This document shows, in pieces, positions 44,308 through 52,927 of a DNA stretch of 64,000 bases. Where the stretch lies: positions 26,514 to 90,513 of the IMG/VR virus record IMGVR_UViG_3300048593_000456, one strand, 5' to 3'. The notes under the pieces were generated by a model, which was not told the DNA's origin, searched no databases, and was given only the letters and a program-made list of their open reading frames with translations. The position numbers were made by a program, and so were the translations under genes. Positions within the stretch are counted from its first letter, which is position 1, and each line of letters starts with the position of its first letter. This DNA comes from a virus (Duplodnaviria > Heunggongvirae > Uroviricota > Caudoviricetes).

Positions 44308-44495
44308 GAGATTTTTACGCAAGAAAACAAGAACGTATAATGCACTACGAAAAATATGTTAAAGGCTGGAAACAAAGGCCATGCTCTGCCTGCAATGGGT
44401 CGGGCAGATATGATAATACCGGCTCGCCAGAATGCGGCGGTTGCGAAGGAACAGGAAAGGAAAGATATAAAAATGACATTTGTAAAATTACTTGA
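44304..44495 (+). CDS. DnaJ-type CxxCxGxG zinc-finger protein
   Basis: CSACNGSGRYDNTGSPECGGCEGTGKE. Confidence 0.45.
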   Translation: MRDFYARKQERIMHYEKYVKGWKQRPCSACNGSGRYDNTGSPECGGCEGTGKERYKNDICKIT

Positions 44496-44814
44496 TAAAG
44501 AAACAAAACCACAAATTTATGGTGCGGCTCATATAAATATTATTTTTATAGAATCAAATATAGAAAATGAAGGCATCGCAGTAGACTTAGTGATGGACGA
44601 TGGTTACAAATATTTACTGCATTTACTTTCAGGAAAAATATCAACAAATTTAATGTCGATGAATAACTGTGATAATCCTTTTAATATTATTTATAAGTAT
44701 TTATTTATTTGTGAAAATACTAATAGACATGCTATATTTTATTGCGACTCACCTATAAAATCTTGGAGATTTTCTAAATGGGAACGCGACCCTAGCCTTC
44801 CGAGCATTGCATGA
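44473..44814 (+). CDS. hypothetical protein
   Basis: In-frame ATG giving MTFVKLLDK.... Confidence 0.3.
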   Translation: MTFVKLLDKETKPQIYGAAHINIIFIESNIENEGIAVDLVMDDGYKYLLHLLSGKISTNLMSMNNCDNPFNIIYKYLFICENTNRHAIFYCDSPIKSWRFSKWERDPSLPSIA

Positions 44815-44842
44815 AAATAATTGCTAATAAGTAAAATAACAT

Positions 44843-45217
44843 ATGAGAAAATTAAAATTTAGAGTTTACGGCAAACACCAAAAAAAGTATATAGAAACAC
44901 ATTATAGTAATACGTTCGCTGTTACAGCCGAGGGGAAAATAATTCACTATTTGTTTCATGATAATTGGGATTATCCAAGATCGCAATCTTCCAACTTTCC
45001 ATTTTTAGCGATTGAACAATATACGGGCCTAAAAGATAAAAACGGCAAAGAAATTTACGAGGGCGATATTGTGGAATGGCAATCCCACATCATCCATAGA
45101 GAGGCAGTTGTGTTTTCGGATGGTGTTTTTTGGGCTACCAGTATTCCTTTATATGAAGTTGCTAAAAATGCAGAGGTTATTGGAAATATTTGGGAGAATA
45201 GAGGATGTTTAAAGTGA
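44843..45217 (+). CDS. YopX-like phage protein (paralog 1)
   Basis: QYTGLKDKNGKEIYEGDIVEW, the YopX-type motif. Confidence 0.5.
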   Translation: MRKLKFRVYGKHQKKYIETHYSNTFAVTAEGKIIHYLFHDNWDYPRSQSSNFPFLAIEQYTGLKDKNGKEIYEGDIVEWQSHIIHREAVVFSDGVFWATSIPLYEVAKNAEVIGNIWENRGCLK

Positions 45218-45654
45218 GAGAATTAAAATTTCGTGCCTTTAATAAGTCTACCAAAGAAATGTATCCGTGTGCAGGGTTTCTATCTGGATTGGTAGTGGTA
45301 ATGCAGGATGGTCAAACTCTTGGTTACAAAGACGATGATTGGGAAATACAGCAGTATACGGGCCTCAAAGATAAAAACGACAAAGAGATTTACGAGGGCG
45401 ATATCGTACAGTCAGTCTACAACGATGAAATATGCTTGGTTGATTTTAATGATAAAAATTACGCTAGCGTTTTAGGATGGAATCTTTTGAGTATAGGATA
45501 CTTCAAAGAGGGTAAATTAGTTTTCAACGATCCTAAAATTCAATCAGACGGTAAGTTACCTGCTGTAGAGTATTATTACGGAAGTTCTCCCGGAAAGAAC
45601 TGGGAAATTATCGGCAGCGTTTATGAAAACCCGGAGTTGATGCAGCATGAATAA
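45205..45654 (+). CDS. YopX-like phage protein (paralog 2)
   Basis: QYTGLKDKNDKEIYEGDIVQ. Tandem duplicate of the preceding gene. Confidence 0.5.
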   Translation: MFKVRELKFRAFNKSTKEMYPCAGFLSGLVVVMQDGQTLGYKDDDWEIQQYTGLKDKNDKEIYEGDIVQSVYNDEICLVDFNDKNYASVLGWNLLSIGYFKEGKLVFNDPKIQSDGKLPAVEYYYGSSPGKNWEIIGSVYENPELMQHE

Positions 45655-45871
45655 ACAATTTTTACTTGAAGTATTAAAAGACACCATTGATATTTTTATT
45701 CTTTTTATAAAAGCATCTTTGTTTATATTACCGGGAGTTATTGCAATTTTATTATTGCTTTGGGGAATCGTAAGTTTATTCGTCAGTCCAATAATAGGAA
45801 TTGTATTATTAATTTTCGCACCGATAATGATGTTTATTAGTGTATTTTTTGGCAAATTATTTTTTGAATAG
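45647..45871 (+). CDS. small membrane protein
   Basis: Two TM helices. Confidence 0.4.
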   Translation: MNKQFLLEVLKDTIDIFILFIKASLFILPGVIAILLLLWGIVSLFVSPIIGIVLLIFAPIMMFISVFFGKLFFE

Positions 45872-45878
45872 GCGAAAT

Positions 45879-46052
45879 ATGAATAAACCCTTTTTACTAA
45901 TAGCGGGCTTCAATTATTATCCATCGTCAGGAACTGAGGATTGGAAGGGTACTTACTCAACCTACGAAGAAGCAGAAGCGGCTTTAAAAGATATTGAATG
46001 TGACAATTATGACTGGTACGAAATAATTAATCTTATAGGATGGACACAATGA
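45879..46052 (+). CDS. hypothetical protein
   Basis: In-frame ATG giving MNKPFLLIAGF.... Confidence 0.3.
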   Translation: MNKPFLLIAGFNYYPSSGTEDWKGTYSTYEEAEAALKDIECDNYDWYEIINLIGWTQ

Positions 46053-46375
46053 AACCTTACTTAATTAGTATAGAACTAGAACGTTTAAAAACCAAGATAC
46101 ATGCGTTGATAAAAGAAGAGACTGAACTCATCGAGAAAACAATCAAGGATTGCGAACATCCTTTAGGAGCTATTCGCGAGCGTCCTTACGCTCCAGCGGC
46201 TACGTCATATGGCACCAGTCAGCCTCCGTACCTAGTCTGTACGGCCTGCGGTTTGACCGAGAAAGGGTGGGGCTGTGGATACAAAAAATTAAGACATGCT
46301 GAAAATAAAAATGTAAAACAAATAACCACTAAAGAATGGGCGGAAGTATCCCTAAGGATATATAATGATGAATAA
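46040..46375 (+). CDS. hypothetical protein
   Basis: 111-aa track ORF with ATG start. Confidence 0.35.
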   Translation: MDTMKPYLISIELERLKTKIHALIKEETELIEKTIKDCEHPLGAIRERPYAPAATSYGTSQPPYLVCTACGLTEKGWGCGYKKLRHAENKNVKQITTKEWAEVSLRIYNDE

Positions 46376-46913
46376 AACAAAACTATTAGAAGAAATTTTT
46401 CAAGACGACAAAAAACTTGAAAGCTATTTAAATGACCTTTTTTTAGACCCGCCGCTAAAAAATGACGTATTTTTGAATTCAACTAATGTTGATTTTTTAA
46501 CTAAATACAGAAAAGACGGGTGGGTAGAGGTAACAAAAAGAGCAATAATGGTGCTCCATGAGAATTGTTATAATAGGTTCGGGCGATCTGTGAGAATCGT
46601 TCCAAGGTTATCTATCGAAGGAGATATAACCAAAATGACATTAGATGTATATAAAAATAAAGATAGTGTAAACCAGCCTGAAATTAATTTCAAGAAAACA
46701 GATACTTTAGTATTAATAGATGCACTAAAAATACTAGCCGAAGACATACACTGTGAAGACGGGGTTGCTACATCATGCATAAAAGAAGCCGCAGATAGAC
46801 TCGGTGAACTAGATATTTCTTTTCTTGAAGAAAGAGATAGGGCAAATACATTAGCTTTTAGGCTCAAGGAGCTACAGGCCCTACAAAAAATTACTGAAAG
46901 AAATAATGAATAA
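46365..46913 (+). CDS. hypothetical protein
   Basis: 182-aa track ORF with ATG start. Confidence 0.35.
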   Translation: MMNKTKLLEEIFQDDKKLESYLNDLFLDPPLKNDVFLNSTNVDFLTKYRKDGWVEVTKRAIMVLHENCYNRFGRSVRIVPRLSIEGDITKMTLDVYKNKDSVNQPEINFKKTDTLVLIDALKILAEDIHCEDGVATSCIKEAADRLGELDISFLEERDRANTLAFRLKELQALQKITERNNE

Positions 46914-47124
46914 ATACAAATACAGACTTTCATACACTGCATGGTACAGCTCAGATCATTTAAGTGTAGATAGCGATGATTATCATCAAGAATTTAACAC
47001 TCTCGAAGAAGCCTTAAAAGAATACAAAAATCTTAAAGCTAAAAACGGAACGATAGACTGGCCCCGTAATAATTTCCGTCTCATAAAATATAAAGAAGTA
47101 GAATTATGCGAAAACCAAGCATAA
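46906..47124 (+). CDS. hypothetical protein
   Basis: 72-aa track ORF with ATG start. Confidence 0.35.
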   Translation: MNKYKYRLSYTAWYSSDHLSVDSDDYHQEFNTLEEALKEYKNLKAKNGTIDWPRNNFRLIKYKEVELCENQA

Positions 47125-47170
47125 ATGCATAAAGTCTAAATTTAATAAAAAATAAGGTACTTAAATAAAA

Positions 47171-47596
47171 ATGTCAGTTAATTACACTCAAAAATGCATA
47201 CTTGGATTAGAATTTGATATTGAAAAATTAAAAGTTATAGATAAAAAAGCTTTATATGAAACTCAGAATAGATATGATACAAAGACTGGAGAAATTATTA
47301 AAACAGAAAACGTAAAAATAAAAGACGAGGAATATCATTATGAATTCATGGGAGAATCTTATCAAGATTTATATAGTATAAGTTATGAGTATGAAGATAT
47401 TTCAGTTATTGTTGACGGGAACTCTTTATTTTTTGGAATATCTTTAGGCGAAACATATGATTACGGAGGGGCTACATTAATAGAAGATAGCATATCAATA
47501 CCAATACTTTTAGAAAACGTAGAAAAATTGGTAAAAATACTGCCGGAAGCACTTCATACTCAAATAGAAATTTATTTCATAGGAATGGTTGGATAA
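47171..47596 (+). CDS. hypothetical protein
   Basis: 141-aa track ORF with ATG start. Confidence 0.35.
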   Translation: MSVNYTQKCILGLEFDIEKLKVIDKKALYETQNRYDTKTGEIIKTENVKIKDEEYHYEFMGESYQDLYSISYEYEDISVIVDGNSLFFGISLGETYDYGGATLIEDSISIPILLENVEKLVKILPEALHTQIEIYFIGMVG

Positions 47597-47930
47597 TATG
47601 CAAGTAAAATATTTAAAGCAAACAAAGCCAACTAATTGCGGTCAGACTGTAGTAGCAATGCTATTTAATATTACTATCGAGGCAGCGGAACAGCTTATCG
47701 GTCATGACGGAATCACCACCGAAGCTGAAATCGTCTCGCTTTTAACAAAGCACGGACTTATACCTTATGAGAACGGTAATACGTCGGTTTGGCTACAGCT
47801 TCATAAAAATCCAAGAAATTCTAAACAAAAACACTGGACATTATTGGTCAGTGGTGATATAATAGATCCGTCCGGGCGAAAAGCCGAGGACTTGTGGCCC
47901 GTGGAAAAATTCTGGATCTTAAACTATTGA
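47589..47930 (+). CDS. putative C39-like/papain-fold cysteine peptidase
   Basis: KPTNCGQTVVAML matches the Q/CG...L pattern of C39 peptidases. A downstream His is present. Confidence 0.3.
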   Translation: MDNMQVKYLKQTKPTNCGQTVVAMLFNITIEAAEQLIGHDGITTEAEIVSLLTKHGLIPYENGNTSVWLQLHKNPRNSKQKHWTLLVSGDIIDPSGRKAEDLWPVEKFWILNY

Positions 47931-47936
47931 GGTAAA

Positions 47937-48365
47937 ATGAAAACACACAAAACAACTTTTACTGTTTATCCAGAAGACTGCAACTATATGAAAGTGGGCG
48001 ATGGCAGTCCTATGGTTCACGGCGGTACTATGCTTTTGAAAATGGATCGGGCCGCAGCAGAATTAGCCCGTCAATATTTATACAACACAGGATGCGACTC
48101 TGCTTTAACAGTCGGTGTTGAAGAAGTCAAGTTCTTACACGGAGCAAAGCTTGGGGATTATATCATAATAACAGTTACCCCCACCGGATTCGGTAAAAAA
48201 AGAATGTCGTTTTTGGTCGAATGTCATGTAGAGGCTTGGGGTGGAGAGAAAAAATTAGTTGCCTCGGGCGTTTTTAGTTTCTGTTCTTTCAAGAATGGAC
48301 AATCCCATCCTCACGATATTACTACGAATAATAATTCTAATAAAAATAAAGTATACGACGTATGA
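47937..48365 (+). CDS. hotdog-fold thioesterase-like protein
   Basis: MVHGGTMLLKMDRAAAELA resembles the 4HBT/YbgC HGG...D motif. Confidence 0.4.
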   Translation: MKTHKTTFTVYPEDCNYMKVGDGSPMVHGGTMLLKMDRAAAELARQYLYNTGCDSALTVGVEEVKFLHGAKLGDYIIITVTPTGFGKKRMSFLVECHVEAWGGEKKLVASGVFSFCSFKNGQSHPHDITTNNNSNKNKVYDV

Positions 48366-48826
48366 TTATTGCGGGAACTGGACATAGACCATCTTACTGT
48401 CCGTGTCTTTATGATGCGAAGCATCCTTGGCTTATAGAAAGAAAAAATGACTTACGAGAATGCTTAGTTGCATACGGGCCGTCTCTTGTTATTACGGGCA
48501 TGGCTATTGGTTGGGATACTTGGTTAGCACAAGAGGCTCTATTTTTAGATATACCTATTGCGTGCTACATTCCTTTTCCGGGACAACAGAATAAATGGCC
48601 GGAAGAATCCCGTAAGGAATACGATCATATTCTTTCGCGGGCTAAAGTAATAAAAAATATTAGTGAATCGTACTCTAATAATGCGTTTTTTAAACGTGAT
48701 GAAGCAATGGTTGATGACTGCACGATAGTATTTGCTTTATGGAATCAAAAAATACAGTCGGGCGGAACTTATCATACCGTTCAATATGCTCTATCTAAAG
48801 GCAAGCCTATTACAAATTTTTGGTGA
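48362..48826 (+). CDS. DUF1273/YpsA-like SLOG-domain protein
   Basis: IIAGTGHRP...LVITGMAIGWDTW, the GHRP motif of the YpsA family. Confidence 0.4.
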   Translation: MIIAGTGHRPSYCPCLYDAKHPWLIERKNDLRECLVAYGPSLVITGMAIGWDTWLAQEALFLDIPIACYIPFPGQQNKWPEESRKEYDHILSRAKVIKNISESYSNNAFFKRDEAMVDDCTIVFALWNQKIQSGGTYHTVQYALSKGKPITNFW

Positions 48827-48953
48827 TAAAAATGATTGCTTGCATATGCGGATTCTCGATAGAAATGATAATACTAATGGCTACAATTGCATTCGGGCTT
48901 ATTATGGATAAGCTCGTTTGTTTTTGCAATAAATGCCGTGGAGGAATTAAAAG

Positions 48954-49673
48954 ATGTCGAAAAAACTAATTGTTTCCGGGCATGTCCTGACGGGATTATA
49001 TCCATATGATAAAGAATATTCCCGCAGAAATGAATTGTATGCAGACTACAAAGAATATGCCGACTTTTTAGGGGCTGATATAGAAATAAAAAAAGATCAA
49101 TTCTCTAATGATCGTTTAGACTATCTATGGGAGCACGGAACTTGGCTAAAGCTTGATGTAATAATAGCCTTCGCTACTAATAATAAATATGATAAAATGC
49201 TATGGATAGATTCTGACGTAGTAATAAACAGGGGGCTAGCATATAAAGTAGACCCGCTGGAATTATATGCTAACGATTCCGAGCGGCCCGAGATAGCTAT
49301 AGTCTATGACAATTTTTTACCTCTACACTATCATACCTTTGACGAATTCAGTAAGAAAAAGTATGACTTTTACGAGTTTATGTTTGGTGACGAAGTAAAG
49401 CTTTATCACAAAATCAATTCGGCGATGTTTGTAATCAATAAAAAAGCCGCTAAAGTAATACATGAAACCTTGCTTAGCTTGCCTGTGAGCATTATTTGTG
49501 GGTATGAATCATTGTACGGGCATTTTCCGACCGATGAATCTATCATTGAGTTGGCAATGCCGCACTTAAAGCATGAATTTTTCGACAATATTACTGAAAG
49601 CAATAGTGGAGAAGTTAAGGCGTTTACTCATTATTGCGGTATAGACCAAAAACGCACATTATTTTATGAGTAG
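48954..49673 (+). CDS. hypothetical protein, possible DxD glycosyltransferase
   Basis: LWIDSDVVI DxD-like motif. Weak. Confidence 0.25.
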   Translation: MSKKLIVSGHVLTGLYPYDKEYSRRNELYADYKEYADFLGADIEIKKDQFSNDRLDYLWEHGTWLKLDVIIAFATNNKYDKMLWIDSDVVINRGLAYKVDPLELYANDSERPEIAIVYDNFLPLHYHTFDEFSKKKYDFYEFMFGDEVKLYHKINSAMFVINKKAAKVIHETLLSLPVSIICGYESLYGHFPTDESIIELAMPHLKHEFFDNITESNSGEVKAFTHYCGIDQKRTLFYE

Positions 49674-49676
49674 AAA

Positions 49677-50225
49677 ATGACAAAAAAAGATATTTTATGC
49701 AGGCTGGATGATTCTTATAGCGAAGCAATGCTCGGAACTACCGAAGAAGTTGATTATGAATTTTTCATTCCACATGAAGACGAATATGTAACACTTGAAG
49801 AATTTGACAAAGACGACGAAGAAGAGGAAGTAAGCGTGGCTTCTCTTTGGGAGAATATCAGAAAGAAGAAGGAAAGAGAAGGTAAAAACTATAAGCCCGC
49901 TAAACCCGGAGAAAAAGATAGGCCAGATCCCGAGGCATGGAAAAAAGCACAATCCGCTGAATATCAGGGGCGTAAAGTAACTTTAAATAAACCTTTTAGG
50001 ACTTCAAACGGCCCAAAGAAATTTGCTGTTTATACTAAAAATGAAAGCGGTAATATTGTTATTGTCCGGTTTGGTGATCCAGAGAGATCTATAAAAAGAG
50101 ATGACCCAAAGCGAAGAAAATCATTTCGGGCCAGACATAAATGCGATACTGATCCCGGCCCAAAATGGAAAAGTAGGTATTGGAGTTGCAGGCAATGGCG
50201 TTCAAATGCTCCTGTAGAAGCTTAA
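49677..50225 (+). CDS. hypothetical highly charged protein
   Basis: Acidic N-terminal half and basic C-terminal half (KRDDPKRRKSFRARHK). Confidence 0.35.
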   Translation: MTKKDILCRLDDSYSEAMLGTTEEVDYEFFIPHEDEYVTLEEFDKDDEEEEVSVASLWENIRKKKEREGKNYKPAKPGEKDRPDPEAWKKAQSAEYQGRKVTLNKPFRTSNGPKKFAVYTKNESGNIVIVRFGDPERSIKRDDPKRRKSFRARHKCDTDPGPKWKSRYWSCRQWRSNAPVEA

Positions 50226-50262
50226 AACATATTAAGCATTTGTTTTTTGCGTATAATCCATT

Positions 50263-50850
50263 GTGTTTACACAATTCGCAATGGAGAATAAAATGAAGCA
50301 ATGCATACAATGTAAAAAAGATATTTCTGATAAAAGATGTAAAACTAAATATTGCAGTTTATCATGTTCTACAAAACATAATAGATTAAAAATATTACAA
50401 TATAATCTACCTGATAACCATAAAAGATGCGGAAAATGTAATAGTGTAAAAAATTTTTCTGAATTCAGGAAAAATAAAAATTCTGCATTTGGATATTCTT
50501 ATTTTTGTAAAGAATGCGATAAATCCAGAGTTTATTCTACAGATAAAAGAAGGATATTACTAAATGCTGCAAAAAAACGCGCTAAAGATAATTGTATTGA
50601 TTTTGATATAGATATAAATGATATTATTTTACCGGAAAAATGTCCAGTTTTAGGAATTGAGTTAAAATTTAACAGTAATAAGGCAGATTTTAACTCTTAT
50701 TCAATAGACAGGATAGATAACTCTAAAGGTTATGTAAAAGGTAATATACAAATAATTAGCTTTAAAGCGAATACAATTAAAAGTTCTGCGACTCTAGAAG
50801 AAATAGAGCAGGTTTACAATTATATGAAGAACATGAACAGAGAACACTGA
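50263..50850 (+). CDS. HNH endonuclease with N-terminal zinc ribbons
   Basis: CIQCKK...CKTKYC, CGKCNS...CKEC, then HNH core YSIDRIDNSKGYVKGNIQIISFKAN. Confidence 0.65.
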   Translation: MFTQFAMENKMKQCIQCKKDISDKRCKTKYCSLSCSTKHNRLKILQYNLPDNHKRCGKCNSVKNFSEFRKNKNSAFGYSYFCKECDKSRVYSTDKRRILLNAAKKRAKDNCIDFDIDINDIILPEKCPVLGIELKFNSNKADFNSYSIDRIDNSKGYVKGNIQIISFKANTIKSSATLEEIEQVYNYMKNMNREH

Positions 50851-50868
50851 AAATTTCTCAAAACTCGC

Positions 50869-50896
50869 TTGACAAAACTCTCTCCTGTGCTATAAT
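50869..50896 (+). promoter_or_regulatory. consensus sigma70-type promoter (TTGACA-16-TATAAT)
   Basis: Upstream of the 50914 CDS. Confidence 0.5.
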
Positions 50897-50913
50897 CAAG
50901 GTAGGAGAGAAAA

Positions 50914-51321
50914 ATGAAAAAGAAAATTGTAGACGATAATTTTGAGATTACGCTGTGCGTTACTTCTAAATCTGCCGATTATAACGCCGAGGCATTACTT
51001 GATAAAATTACAGATGCTGTCGGGGATTGTATTTATGATTACATAAACGAAGCGGAAAATAAAAAACTTCTTGAGTTTATACAATCTATTACTACTAATA
51101 AAGTTACCGGCGGAATTTCATTTGATATTTTAAATCCAATTAGTGTATATACAAACTTTGGAATTTTTGATATTAAATTGACTAAATCTGGACTTTACAA
51201 AGTAACTGACCCCAATGGCAAGTATAAATATTACGACAAACAACATCTCGCAGGAAACTTGAATAACCTACTACTGAAAGGAAAAATTGAAGATGAAACG
51301 GAAAATCAAAGTAACTATTGA
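50914..51321 (+). CDS. hypothetical protein
   Basis: 135-aa track ORF with ATG start. Confidence 0.35.
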   Translation: MKKKIVDDNFEITLCVTSKSADYNAEALLDKITDAVGDCIYDYINEAENKKLLEFIQSITTNKVTGGISFDILNPISVYTNFGIFDIKLTKSGLYKVTDPNGKYKYYDKQHLAGNLNNLLLKGKIEDETENQSNY

Positions 51322-51730
51322 TAGGTCTAAGTGGCGAACTGGATTAAATTCCACTAACCAAACTGGGGAGGGCAGAACGGCACTTTTGAATAAAGAAGGC
51401 TATATGTGCTGCTTGGGATTTTGCATGGCTGCATCAAAAGTGGCGAAGAAAAATTTGTTGGATATAAGTGCTCCCAGTGGCTGTCTTAACCAACATGCCA
51501 TCGACCCAAATAAAGCAATGCGGTCAAGTGGCGTTCGGGCTTTAACAAAAGAGTCGCTGACTACATGTTTAAGTAATTCCGAACTTGCTTTTGATGCTAT
51601 GAAAATAAATGATTCGGCGAAAAGCACCCCCAAAGAAAAAGAAAAAGCCATATTGGAACTATTTAAAGATTCTGTTTTTGATATTAAATTTACGGGGAAA
51701 TATCCGTCAAAGGAAAAGCCAAATGAATAA
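51293..51730 (+). CDS. hypothetical protein (tandem paralog A)
   Basis: Shares KVTIDRSKWRTG...YMCCLGFC...LELFKDSVFDIKFTGKY with the next gene. Confidence 0.4.
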   Translation: MKRKIKVTIDRSKWRTGLNSTNQTGEGRTALLNKEGYMCCLGFCMAASKVAKKNLLDISAPSGCLNQHAIDPNKAMRSSGVRALTKESLTTCLSNSELAFDAMKINDSAKSTPKEKEKAILELFKDSVFDIKFTGKYPSKEKPNE

Positions 51731-52118
51731 AAAAATTAAAGTAACAATTGATCGTTCAAAATGGAGAACGGGCGGTTCAATATATTCTACAGGCCACGGT
51801 GCAACTTATCTTTTAAACAGCGACGGTTTTATGTGCTGTCTTGGATTCTGCTGTAAAGCCTTAGGAATTGAAGACGCAGTCATGCTAGACAAAAATTACC
51901 CATCGGATATTTACTGCGAGGCACTGGAAAACTCTAAATTAGTTTTTAATGTGTTTAATAAAAAATTTGATACAAATCTTACAAGCGCAGCAGTAGTAAT
52001 AAACGATTATTCTAGCACTCCCCCTAAAACTAAAGAAAAGCAATTGCTTGAACTATTCAATGACTCAGTATTTGAGTTAGAATTTATTGGAGAATACACA
52101 AAGGAAAAAAATGAATAA
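51723..52118 (+). CDS. hypothetical protein (tandem paralog B)
   Basis: MNKKIKVTIDRSKWRTGG...FMCCLGFCC...LELFNDSVFELEFIGEY. Confidence 0.4.
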   Translation: MNKKIKVTIDRSKWRTGGSIYSTGHGATYLLNSDGFMCCLGFCCKALGIEDAVMLDKNYPSDIYCEALENSKLVFNVFNKKFDTNLTSAAVVINDYSSTPPKTKEKQLLELFNDSVFELEFIGEYTKEKNE

Positions 52119-52662
52119 TTTTAAAAAGGGCGATAAAATTTTGGTAGAGTGCGAGGTTATCGAACCCTGCGAGAATCTAATGAAGGTGACTAAGGGAGGT
52201 CGTGATAACTGGTTTTGGGTTGGCAGATGGAAGTGCCGACCCGTCAAACCGCTAGCTATCAAGTCTTTAACAACTGGCGATGCGGTACGACTTGTTTTGC
52301 CGGGACATAGAGACCACGGCAAAGAGGGCATTGTTACGTTGGTTACTAGCTTGTCGAAACGTCAATATAAATTCGAGTCCAACTGCGGTCAGCATGGCCG
52401 ATGGTGTACAATCGAGCAATTGGAGAGGATTGACAATACCAACCCTACCCCAACGGGTTCGGAAATGAATGCAAAAACTAAACAATGCATTATAGATTAT
52501 TGTATGAACAAAATAAACGCAAGAGCAGAAATAGGTTATAGCGACTGGTGGACAAGAGAATCACATATTGTTAACTCTAAACATATTGTTGCGGTCCTTG
52601 AACACTTTAAAGATAAAGGCTATGAGACCGAACTGGCTGACGACGTAACTATAAGTTGGTAA
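52111..52662 (+). CDS. hypothetical protein
   Basis: In-frame ATG giving MNNFKKGDKIL.... Track frame used. Confidence 0.35.
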   Translation: MNNFKKGDKILVECEVIEPCENLMKVTKGGRDNWFWVGRWKCRPVKPLAIKSLTTGDAVRLVLPGHRDHGKEGIVTLVTSLSKRQYKFESNCGQHGRWCTIEQLERIDNTNPTPTGSEMNAKTKQCIIDYCMNKINARAEIGYSDWWTRESHIVNSKHIVAVLEHFKDKGYETELADDVTISW

Positions 52663-52688
52663 TTTTGCAAAATTAATTCCGAACTTGC

Positions 52689-52717
52689 TTGACAGATCGA
52701 TTTTTTTTTGATATAAT
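52689..52717 (+). promoter_or_regulatory. consensus sigma70-type promoter (TTGACA-17-TATAAT) with about 200-nt leader before nadV
   Basis: Read directly in the sequence. Confidence 0.5.
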
Positions 52718-52927
52718 GATTTAGAAGACTTTTTGAGACGAGAATTACTGGCGTACTTACTAACTTCCCTAGTAGGAACCTGTAAAAATTCAGCAATTTC
52801 GATAGTATTTTTAGTTGCAAAATGTTCTTTGAAGTATTTTTTTGTTCTACAGTTAACATAGCGTGATGACTCCCTTTGTATGAAAATTTGTGTTACCGCT
52901 ATATTACACACACTTTATGAGGAAAAG

